This document shows positions 1 to 6,328 of a stretch of DNA of 24,000 bases, in pieces. Source of the stretch: Clostridia bacterium (lineage in GTDB: Bacteria; Bacillota; Clostridia; Oscillospirales; CAG-272); NCBI GenBank assembly GCA_017443595.1, contig JAFSYU010000026.1, positions 1,701-25,700 of the forward strand, read 5' to 3'. Within the stretch, counting starts at the first letter, position 1, and each line of letters begins with the position of its first letter. The position numbers and the translations under genes were made by a program. The notes beneath the pieces were generated by a model that did not search any database, was not told the origin of the DNA, and was given only the letters and a program-made list of their open reading frames with translations.

Positions 1-1
1 C

Positions 2-1360
2 GGAATTTGTGACCGTGAACGTCGGCTCCGGCATATTGTAAGGCAAATTTATCACGAAATTCTTCGTAACGGAGCCGGAATAATGGTTTCTGCCCGTCAC
101 GGTCACGCTGTAAGTACCGGTTTCCTTCAGCTGATCGACGCTTGCGCCGTTTTTGGCGTAAGTAAGCGTGTATCTGCTGCCATTGAGCGCGGAGCCGTCG
201 TATATGACGCCTAAAGTTACCGGATCTCCGGTATAGATCATACTGTCGGGCGAAAGCACGAGCTTTTCCGGGCTTAATACTTCGTGAAATCTTACGCCGC
301 CGTCTATGACAGTGCCCGCGGGGTCACTTCCGTAATAGCTGTGAAATTTTAACGCGTCGGAGCTGCTTACGCTGTAGCCGGCGCCTCCGAACGCAACAGT
401 CCTGTCTTCGTTGTTTTCCGTGTAAACGCATAAATAAGCGTCCGAATAAAGCCGACCCGTGACCGTTATCGGTTCGTTACTTGACTGTATGTTGATATAA
501 TCTCCCGATATATAGGCGTGAGCGCTTACTCTGATCACGCTGCCCCGACTGTAAACCACGCCGTCAAAAGAGTTGTCGCTATAGTAATTATCATTATCGA
601 ATATTTTTCCGCCGGTCATTTCAAACGTACCGCTTACGCTCACGGATGAGCGGGAGGTATTGTTATCGCGTATTTCGCCGCCGGTCATTTTGAACGTATC
701 AGAACCGTACATATATACTCCGGCGCCTTCCAGATCATAGTAGATATATCTGCCGGTATTCTGTCTTTCGGGCAAAGCGCCGTTGCCGCATATCGTTCCG
801 CCGTTCATAATGAATCCCGCATTCGGCTCCATCAGAACGCCGCCGCCGAATCTCACGTAACCGTAGACAACGCCGGTCGCCGCTTTTCCCGTACCGCCGG
901 CGATAAATCCGCCGTTGACGGTCAGACGTCCGTTTCCTCCCTGGTCCGCGATCCGGATCGCGCGTGACTGAGTTATATCAAACTCTAAATAATTTACGTT
1001 TGACGGTCTGCTGTCGTTAAGAACAAACGTGCAGCCCTGCCGGACCGTTATAACGGAATTATATCCGTCGTCCGTATACAGGATACCGTAGCCGTTTAAA
1101 TCAAGCGAGTAGTTTCCGTCTATTTCAAGACCGTAGTCTATCTCGATATTATCGTTCAGCGTAACGCTCGTACCGCTTACGGTAACGGCGTTTCCCGCCG
1201 CCGTAAGAAATTCGCTGAACGGTGCGGTCGAGCCGCTTGTACCGTTGTCCCAGATCGGTACTCTGCTGTTTGCCGCCGCCGTCAAAGAAATCGACGAGCA
1301 GATCAACGCCGCGCAAAGCACCGCAGCGGATATTTTTGTTAATAAACCATTGTTTTTCAT
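2..1360 (-). CDS. Secreted repeat protein (probable right-handed beta-helix / adhesin-like); N-terminal 453 codons only, the C-terminus lies beyond the left edge
   Basis: The reverse frame is open for all 453 codons from the ATG (complement of 1358-1360) to the window edge; I checked codon by codon. It is absent from the ORF track because no stop lies in the window. GAGGA RBS about 7 nt upstream. N-terminus MKNNGLLTKISAAVLCAALICSSISLTAAAN looks like a signal peptide. Recurrent segments FIMNGGTICGN / FKMTGGEIRDN / FEMTGGKIFDN are typical of beta-helical surface proteins. Confidence 0.75.
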   Translation of the reverse strand, partial: MKNNGLLTKISAAVLCAALICSSISLTAAANSRVPIWDNGTSGSTAPFSEFLTAAGNAVTVSGTSVTLNDNIEIDYGLEIDGNYSLDLNGYGILYTDDGYNSVITVRQGCTFVLNDSRPSNVNYLEFDITQSRAIRIADQGGNGRLTVNGGFIAGGTGKAATGVVYGYVRFGGGVLMEPNAGFIMNGGTICGNGALPERQNTGRYIYYDLEGAGVYMYGSDTFKMTGGEIRDNNTSRSSVSVSGTFEMTGGKIFDNDNYYSDNSFDGVVYSRGSVIRVSAHAYISGDYINIQSSNEPITVTGRLYSDAYLCVYTENNEDRTVAFGGAGYSVSSSDALKFHSYYGSDPAGTVIDGGVRFHEVLSPEKLVLSPDSMIYTGDPVTLGVIYDGSALNGSRYTLTYAKNGASVDQLKETGTYSVTVTGRNHYSGSVTKNFVINLPYNMPEPTFTVTNS

Positions 1361-1423
1361 ACCTTTTCCTCTATAACTCATCAATAATTTTTAAATTATA
1401 TTTCCCTTATATATTTCGGCGCG

Positions 1424-1558
1424 TCAAGCCGTAAAACGCGTCATAAGCATCTGTGGCACGTCTTCTATGGAACGCTCGGAAAACACGCGGAAACCCACCT
1501 CCAGCATTTTTTCCCTGCGCATAGCCATTTCTATCTCATCTTTTTTTATATCTCTCAT
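1424..1558 (-). pseudogene. Remnant of a TetR-family regulator (first 44 codons only)
   Basis: GAGGAG RBS, then ATG (complement of 1556-1558). Translation is MRDIKKDEIEMAMRREKMLEVGFRVFSERSIEDVPQMLMTRFTA*. The stretch ML-EVGFRVFSERSIEDV resembles the helix-1 region that opens TetR N-terminal domains. The frame stops after 44 aa, and only 63 nt remain before the next gene start, so the rest of a ~190-aa TetR is absent. Confidence 0.45.
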
Positions 1559-1584
1559 TCATTTCTCCTCATTATGATATACGT

Positions 1585-1607
1585 TGTATCACGATACACA
1601 GTGTATC
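1585..1607. promoter_or_regulatory. Putative TetR-type operator: TGTATC-ac-GATACA-cag-TGTATC (overlapping inverted repeats)
   Basis: TGTATC at 1585-1590, GATACA at 1593-1598 and TGTATC at 1602-1607 are mutual reverse complements. They overlap the -10 element of the minus-strand promoter that leads into the TetR remnant. Confidence 0.4.
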
Positions 1608-1628
1608 ACATTAAACCGAGATTGTCAA
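1600..1628 (-). promoter_or_regulatory. Sigma-A-type promoter reading leftward (TetR remnant, possibly the beta-helix gene)
   Basis: On the minus strand: TTGACA (complement of 1623-1628), a 17-nt spacer, then TGaTACACT (extended -10, complement of 1600-1608). Confidence 0.4.
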
Positions 1629-1753
1629 TAGAGTTTTTTATAATCGTCTTTTTTTTGATTGGTTGCTTTTTTGTAAGAGGGTAACGCAGCAACTGTAGGT
1701 TGTTGTATTTCCGTAATAAATCGTCTCTGCGGTTATAGTCGAACCCATTAAAC

Positions 1754-1767
1754 AGTACTTATGTACT
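1754..1767. promoter_or_regulatory. Palindrome AGTAC-TTAT-GTACT with Cheo-box geometry (5-N4-5); possible variant SOS/LexA site
   Basis: Perfect inverted repeat with a 4-nt spacer, 43 nt upstream of the -35 of the polymerase promoter. Each arm differs from the Firmicute LexA consensus CGAAC-N4-GTTCG at two of five positions (one within the GAAC/GTTC core, one at the outer flank). Confidence 0.2.
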
Positions 1768-1809
1768 ATGCCGTTTACTGTCTTTTCGTACCGGCTGCCC
1801 TGAAATCAG

Positions 1810-1838
1810 TTGACAGTTGCAGGTAAATGTGGTATAAT
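1810..1838 (+). promoter_or_regulatory. Consensus sigma-A promoter of the polymerase operon
   Basis: TTGACA (1810-1815), 17-nt spacer, TGgTATAAT (extended -10; TATAAT at 1833-1838), about 60 nt upstream of the ATG at 1900. Confidence 0.65.
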
Positions 1839-1899
1839 TTCAACATAAGAGTATTTTAGGGCATATCTTTTAATAATTGCAATAAAAAACGGTGGGCAT

Positions 1900-3408
1900 A
1901 TGACAGACGACGGAAATAAAATATATATTGCAATAGACTTAAAGTCTTTTTACGCTTCCGTCGAGTGCGTCGCACGTGGGCGTAATCCTCTTACGACCAA
2001 TCTCGTAGTTGCGGACGAGAGCCGCACGGCAAAGACGATATGCCTTGCCGTTTCGCCTTCTCTTAAATCATACGGTATATCAGGCAGGGCGAGGCTGTTT
2101 GAAGCGATACAAAGGGTAAACGAAGTAAACAGAGAGCGGAAAAAAGCTCTGTTCGGCAGAGCATTTTCCGGCAAATCGGACGACTTTAACGCTCTGCGTT
2201 CGGACCCGACGCTTGAAATTGATTTTATAAAAGCGCCGCCGAGAATGGCAGAGTATATGAAAGTCAGCGGACAGATATATTCGATATATTTAAACCACGT
2301 CTCACCCGACGATATATTCGCCTATTCCGTGGACGAGGTGTTCATTGACGCGACGCCTTACATAAAAAGAGATAAAATAACGGCGCACGAGTTTACGATG
2401 CGGCTGATAAAAGACGTGCTTAAACAGACCGGTATAACCGCGACGGCGGGTATCGGAACGAATATGTTTTTGGCAAAAGTCGCGATGGACGTCACCGCAA
2501 AGCATATGAAAGCTGACAAAGACGGCGTGCGCATAGCCGAGCTTGACGTTATGAGCTTCCGAAGACAGTTATGGGATCACAGACCGTTAACGGATATATG
2601 GCGCATAGGCGCGGGCATAGCAAAACGGCTTGAAGATATGGGGTTATACACGCTCGGCGATATTGCACTTTGCTCCGTTGATAACGAAGAAAAACTTTAT
2701 AAAGAATTCGGCGTGAACGCGGAGCTTATCATAAATCACGCGTGGGGCTGGGAGCCTACGACGATAGCCGACGTCAAATCATACAAGCCGGAAAACAACA
2801 GCATAAGCTCCGGTCAGGTATTGTCTCAGCCTTACGGTTTTGAAAAAGGACGGCTGATAGCGCAGGAAATGACGGACTTGCTCGTTCTCGATCTTGTTGA
2901 AAAAGGGCTTGTGACGGATCAGATGGTGCTGACGGTCGGGTATGATACCGAAAATCTGACGGAGCACGACTACAGCGGCGCCGTTGAAATTGACAGATAC
3001 GGACGTAAGATACCGAAGCAGGCGCACGGCTCTATAAACCTCGGCAAATACAGTTCGTCAACAAAGCTGATAATGGAAAAGGTGACGGAGTTGTACGACC
3101 GTATAGTCGATAAAAATCTGACCGTCCGCAGAATGTACGTTGTGGCAAATCACGTCATTGACGAAAAAGAAGCGCGGACACAGCAACAGCAGCTGCAGCT
3201 TACGTTATTTGACGACGTGGAAGAGATAGAAAGAAAACAAGCCGAGGAAAAAGCGGCGCGCGAAAAAGAACGCAAAGTTCAGAAGGCTTCGATAGAGCTT
3301 AAAAAGAAATACGGCAAAAACGCGATCCTGAAAGGAATGAACCTGCAGGAAGGCGCGACGACGATAGAAAGAAACAAACAGGTAGGCGGGCATAAAGCGG
3401 GAGAATGA
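1900..3408 (+). CDS. Y-family (translesion) DNA polymerase, UmuC/ImpB/DinB superfamily
   Basis: N-terminal IAIDLKSFYASVECV (catalytic Asp motif DxxxFYxxxE) and SVDEVFID (S-x-DE motif). Beta-clamp-binding-like QLTLF at 3196-3210. C-terminal KKYGKNAILKG...GGHKA tail. Confidence 0.9.
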   Translation: MTDDGNKIYIAIDLKSFYASVECVARGRNPLTTNLVVADESRTAKTICLAVSPSLKSYGISGRARLFEAIQRVNEVNRERKKALFGRAFSGKSDDFNALRSDPTLEIDFIKAPPRMAEYMKVSGQIYSIYLNHVSPDDIFAYSVDEVFIDATPYIKRDKITAHEFTMRLIKDVLKQTGITATAGIGTNMFLAKVAMDVTAKHMKADKDGVRIAELDVMSFRRQLWDHRPLTDIWRIGAGIAKRLEDMGLYTLGDIALCSVDNEEKLYKEFGVNAELIINHAWGWEPTTIADVKSYKPENNSISSGQVLSQPYGFEKGRLIAQEMTDLLVLDLVEKGLVTDQMVLTVGYDTENLTEHDYSGAVEIDRYGRKIPKQAHGSINLGKYSSSTKLIMEKVTELYDRIVDKNLTVRRMYVVANHVIDEKEARTQQQQLQLTLFDDVEEIERKQAEEKAAREKERKVQKASIELKKKYGKNAILKGMNLQEGATTIERNKQVGGHKAGE

Positions 3409-3440
3409 TCCCGGTCAACCCCGGTTTTCAGGAGGACGGA

Positions 3441-3875
3441 ATGACAGATAAATACGGTAATATCATAGATCTTCCGCATCACGTGTCAAAAAAGCATCCG
3501 CAGCTCGGGCGCGACAGTTACGCCGCGCAGTTTTCGCCTTTTGCCGCGCTTACCGGGTATGAAGATATAGTATCCGAAACGGCGAGGGCGACGGACGAAA
3601 AAACGGAGCTTGACGACGACGCAAAGCTCCGGCTTTCAAGCAAACTCAAAATAGTCCTCGATCACCTTGATGAAAACCCCGTTGTATCCGTAACGTATTT
3701 TTTGCCGGACAAAAGAAAATCCGGCGGCCGGTACGTTACGGTTGATACAACGATAAAAAAATATGATGATTATGAAAAAATAATATACACGGCGGAAGGA
3801 ACGGTTATCCGGCTGGATGATCTGTATGAGATCAGCGCACAGATCATAACCGAATATCTGCCGGAGGAATTCTGA
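3441..3875 (+). CDS. YolD-like protein (accessory partner of Y-family polymerases in Firmicutes)
   Basis: Lies immediately downstream of, and co-oriented with, the polymerase. AGGAGG RBS 5 nt before the ATG at 3441; the track start at 3405 lacks an RBS but would overlap the polymerase stop as ATGA. Carries the FSPFAALTGYE motif I associate with YolD-like proteins. Family assignment is from memory, not a search. Confidence 0.65.
   Translation: MTDKYGNIIDLPHHVSKKHPQLGRDSYAAQFSPFAALTGYEDIVSETARATDEKTELDDDAKLRLSSKLKIVLDHLDENPVVSVTYFLPDKRKSGGRYVTVDTTIKKYDDYEKIIYTAEGTVIRLDDLYEISAQIITEYLPEEF
3628..3728 (+). repeat. Direct repeat copy A (inside the YolD-like gene)
   Basis: 101 bp matching 5553-5653 with 5 mismatches by eye (~95% identity). 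Confidence 0.9.
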
Positions 3876-3921
3876 TTGACCGTTATGGCAAAAATTTTCA
3901 ACTCCAGGGGAGGATTTTAAA

Positions 3922-4914
3922 GTGAAGATAAGTTTCAATACAGAGGCGCTGCAGCCTATGTCGGAATGGCTGATTAGCAGAAAACGCTGCGGGAAGGGCG
4001 ACGAAAAAGAGCTGAGGAAGATCCTTAGCCTTCCGGATTATAAAGTGGAATTTGACAGATACGCCGATCCGTCCCTTCCCGTCTGCGGTGTCAGTTTTGA
4101 AGAGGCTGTGGATTTCTTTATGAATTTTGATAAAAAGGAATTTTTAAATCCGCGGCTGCAGTATAAAAAAGATTCGTTTATTGCGTTTTATAACGATATT
4201 GAGCAGCGCATGAAAAAGATAGGCGAATTTACCGCGCTTGATAACGAAGATCATAAGGTCATGGAAACGCTCTTAAAAAACGGTCTGCCGGACAGTCTGC
4301 TTGACGGGATGCCACAGTTACATATAATCCTGATAATTTCGATAGGCAATTCAATGGGGTGGCCGTACGGCGATTATATCGATTACGACGCGGCGAATCT
4401 GAACCTGTTTGACGGCAAGGACGATTTTCTGCACGTTACCGCGCATGAAATACATCATTTGTTTACCGGGCAGATCCTGTTCCCGGACGGTATTACCCCG
4501 CAGGACTTCTTTTTGCAGAATTTCGCGTACGAGGGTCTTGCCGTGCATTTCTGCAACAATCTGGCAACGGTAAACAAAAAAGCGAAATACATTGACCGTA
4601 CTTATGCGATGGATAAGGACGACATGGCTTTTTACGAGTCTCACTTTGATGAAATATTCAATATGATCAAAGAAGATTATAAAGCGTGCGGAGAAAAGAC
4701 TTATGACGAGGTAAAAGACGCCGTATCAAAATACGAGCAGTTTGAGTTCATGGGCAAAGGTATAAAACAGTATCCGACATATTATTTCGGCTGTTATATG
4801 TGGGGATTGATCGACCTGTATTACGGAAAAGAAGAATTATTCAAAGCTTTAAGCACCCCCGGGAGATTTGCGGAATTATATAACGGTATAGCGGATGAAA
4901 AATACAAATTATAA
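3922..4914 (+). CDS. Hypothetical protein with HExxH...E zinc-metalloprotease-like signature
   Basis: 330-aa ORF with a GTG start preceded by GGGGAGG. Contains HVTAHEIHHLF (HExxH), with a downstream Glu in NFAYEGLAVHF as a possible third ligand. No signal peptide seen. Family not recognised. Confidence 0.6.
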   Translation: MKISFNTEALQPMSEWLISRKRCGKGDEKELRKILSLPDYKVEFDRYADPSLPVCGVSFEEAVDFFMNFDKKEFLNPRLQYKKDSFIAFYNDIEQRMKKIGEFTALDNEDHKVMETLLKNGLPDSLLDGMPQLHIILIISIGNSMGWPYGDYIDYDAANLNLFDGKDDFLHVTAHEIHHLFTGQILFPDGITPQDFFLQNFAYEGLAVHFCNNLATVNKKAKYIDRTYAMDKDDMAFYESHFDEIFNMIKEDYKACGEKTYDEVKDAVSKYEQFEFMGKGIKQYPTYYFGCYMWGLIDLYYGKEELFKALSTPGRFAELYNGIADEKYKL

Positions 4915-4950
4915 TGATACGGGCAGATCCGGGCTTGCGGAGGAGAAAAA

Positions 4951-5550
4951 ATGAAGATCTATGATATTTCGCAGGAGGTTTTTGGTTGCAGAGTATATCC
5001 GGGCGACCCGGCGCCCGAAAAAAAGCTGCTTTGTTCAACGGAAAAGGGCGACGTATGCAATCTTACGGCTTTCAGTATGTGCGCTCACAACGGCACGCAC
5101 GTTGACGCGCCGTTTCATTTCATCAAAGGAGGAAAAACCGTAGACGGGGTATGTTTGGATACGTTTGTTGGACCGGCTTACGTTGCAGAACATAACGGGA
5201 CCGTCACAGGTGAAGACGCCGTAAAAATACTTGAAAAAGCGGAAGAAAAGGACCCCGGGGCTGAAAAAAGAATTCTGATTAAAGGAGATGCAACGGTTTC
5301 TTCGGAGGCGGCAAAAGTCTTTGCTTCAAAGAAAATACTGCTGCTTGGCAACGAGTCACAGACCGTCGGGCCTGAAGACGCGCCTATGGAAGTACATCTC
5401 ATACTGCTGGAATCAGGCGTCGTATTGCTTGAAGGTATCCGTTTGGCAGATGTTCCCGAAGGCGTTTATTTTTTAAACGCGGCGCCGCTGAATCTGTCCG
5501 GCGCGGACGGCTCTCCGTGCAGAGCAATACTGATAGATGCCGGTGAATAA
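4951..5550 (+). CDS. Cyclase-family protein / kynurenine formamidase-like (arylformamidase fold)
   Basis: GGAGG RBS. The motif CAHNGTHVDAPFHF matches the HxGTHxDAPxH signature of the putative-cyclase/KynB family. Length of 199 aa is typical. Confidence 0.8.
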   Translation: MKIYDISQEVFGCRVYPGDPAPEKKLLCSTEKGDVCNLTAFSMCAHNGTHVDAPFHFIKGGKTVDGVCLDTFVGPAYVAEHNGTVTGEDAVKILEKAEEKDPGAEKRILIKGDATVSSEAAKVFASKKILLLGNESQTVGPEDAPMEVHLILLESGVVLLEGIRLADVPEGVYFLNAAPLNLSGADGSPCRAILIDAGE

Positions 5551-5552
5551 AT

Positions 5553-5653
5553 TCCGGCTTTCAAACAAACTCAAAATAGTCCTCGATCACCTTGATGAAA
5601 ACCCCGTTATATCCGTAACGTATTTTTTGCTGGACAAAAAGAAATCCGGCGGC
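5553..5653 (+). repeat. Direct repeat copy B (starts 2 nt after the stop of the cyclase-family gene)
   Basis: See copy A. Weaker similarity continues to about 5700 (GGCTGGA...TGATCTnnnnGAG is shared with 3810-3835). Confidence 0.9.
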
Positions 5654-5689
5654 AGCGGAGGAGAATACGAAGGCTGGAATCCGCACTGA
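5553..5689 (+). pseudogene. Decayed fragment of a second YolD-like gene
   Basis: In the frame equivalent to the intact gene it reads RLSNKLKIVLDHLDENPVISVTYFLLDKKKSGGSGGEYEGWNPH*, versus RLSSKLKIVLDHLDENPVVSVTYFLPDKRKSGGRYVTV... in the intact copy. It has no start codon and no RBS, and the N-terminal half is missing. Confidence 0.65.
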
Positions 5690-5787
5690 TCTTACGAGTC
5701 CTCCGTGTCAGTTTCCCTTTGAGGATCACAGATACATGATCATTTCATTCAACTAAAGCGCCCGGCGGGTGATTTCTTTGACTATAG

Positions 5788-5820
5788 ACAAAGTCTGAAA
5801 CAGCAGACTTTGTTTTTTTA
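5788..5820 (+). terminator. Rho-independent terminator of the polymerase-to-cyclase gene string
   Basis: Perfect 10-bp stem ACAAAGTCTG (5788-5797) / CAGACTTTGT (5804-5813), 6-nt loop, then a run of 7 T. Confidence 0.8.
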
Positions 5821-5949
5821 TTATAACGGTGTGCCGGAAATAAAAAATACGCCTGCTGCCGATACCGGCTCCCGGAAGATTTTAAGCATGAAAGCGGATC
5901 TAAGTTTGTAGATTGTTATAATAAAGTATATAATTTATATTAAAACATC

Positions 5950-5978
5950 TTGATTTTTTTTGAATCTTATGGTATTAT
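5950..5978 (+). promoter_or_regulatory. Candidate sigma-A promoter of the STAS-NRPS-esterase operon
   Basis: TTGATT (5950-5955), 17-nt spacer, TGgTATTAT (TATTAT at 5973-5978). Lies in an AT-rich region. A second extended -10 (TGtTATAAT) sits about 60 nt further upstream. Confidence 0.45.
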
Positions 5979-6012
5979 AGAAAAAAAAGATCTATTGGAG
6001 GTATCATTCATT

Positions 6013-6309
6013 ATGCAAATCAACAAAATCCAGGAAGGAACAGCCCTGCTGATCAAACTCAGCGGACGTCTTGACACAACTACCGCGCCGGATCTTGAAG
6101 CGGAAGTGAACAGCTCTGTTGACGGTATCGAACAGATCACGTTTGATTTTACGGATCTTGAGTACATATCCTCCGCCGGACTGCGCGTTCTGCTTTATAC
6201 ACACAAGCGCATGAGCGGCAAGGGCGGACTGAAGATCACTCACGTATGCGAAACCGTTATGGAGATCTTTGAAGTCACAGGTTTTTCCGACATTCTGGAT
6301 ATCGAATAA
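6013..6309 (+). CDS. STAS-domain protein (SpoIIAA/RsbV-like anti-sigma-factor antagonist)
   Basis: 98 aa. GGAGG lies 11 nt before the ATG at 6013 (the track start at 5950 is a TTG with no RBS). The pattern LSGRLDTTTAPDLE...FDFTDLEYISSAGLRVLL...THVCETVMEIFEVTGF is the canonical STAS layout. The Ser pair at 6169-6174 sits where SpoIIAA is phosphorylated. Confidence 0.85.
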   Translation: MQINKIQEGTALLIKLSGRLDTTTAPDLEAEVNSSVDGIEQITFDFTDLEYISSAGLRVLLYTHKRMSGKGGLKITHVCETVMEIFEVTGFSDILDIE

Positions 6310-6328
6310 CAAACGGAGGATTTATCGT

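Noticed and set aside
1222-1434. 70-aa + strand ORF
   Set aside because: It overlaps the signal-peptide-encoding 5' end of the minus-strand beta-helix gene and the TetR remnant. It has no RBS, and its Arg/Ser/Pro-rich translation looks like junk.
1900-5700. Calling the polymerase-YolD-cargo region a mobile element
   Set aside because: Such modules are often prophage- or ICE-borne, and the repeat scar indicates recombination. But the window has no integrase, transposase, att-like ends or tRNA target, so a mobile_element call is unsupported.
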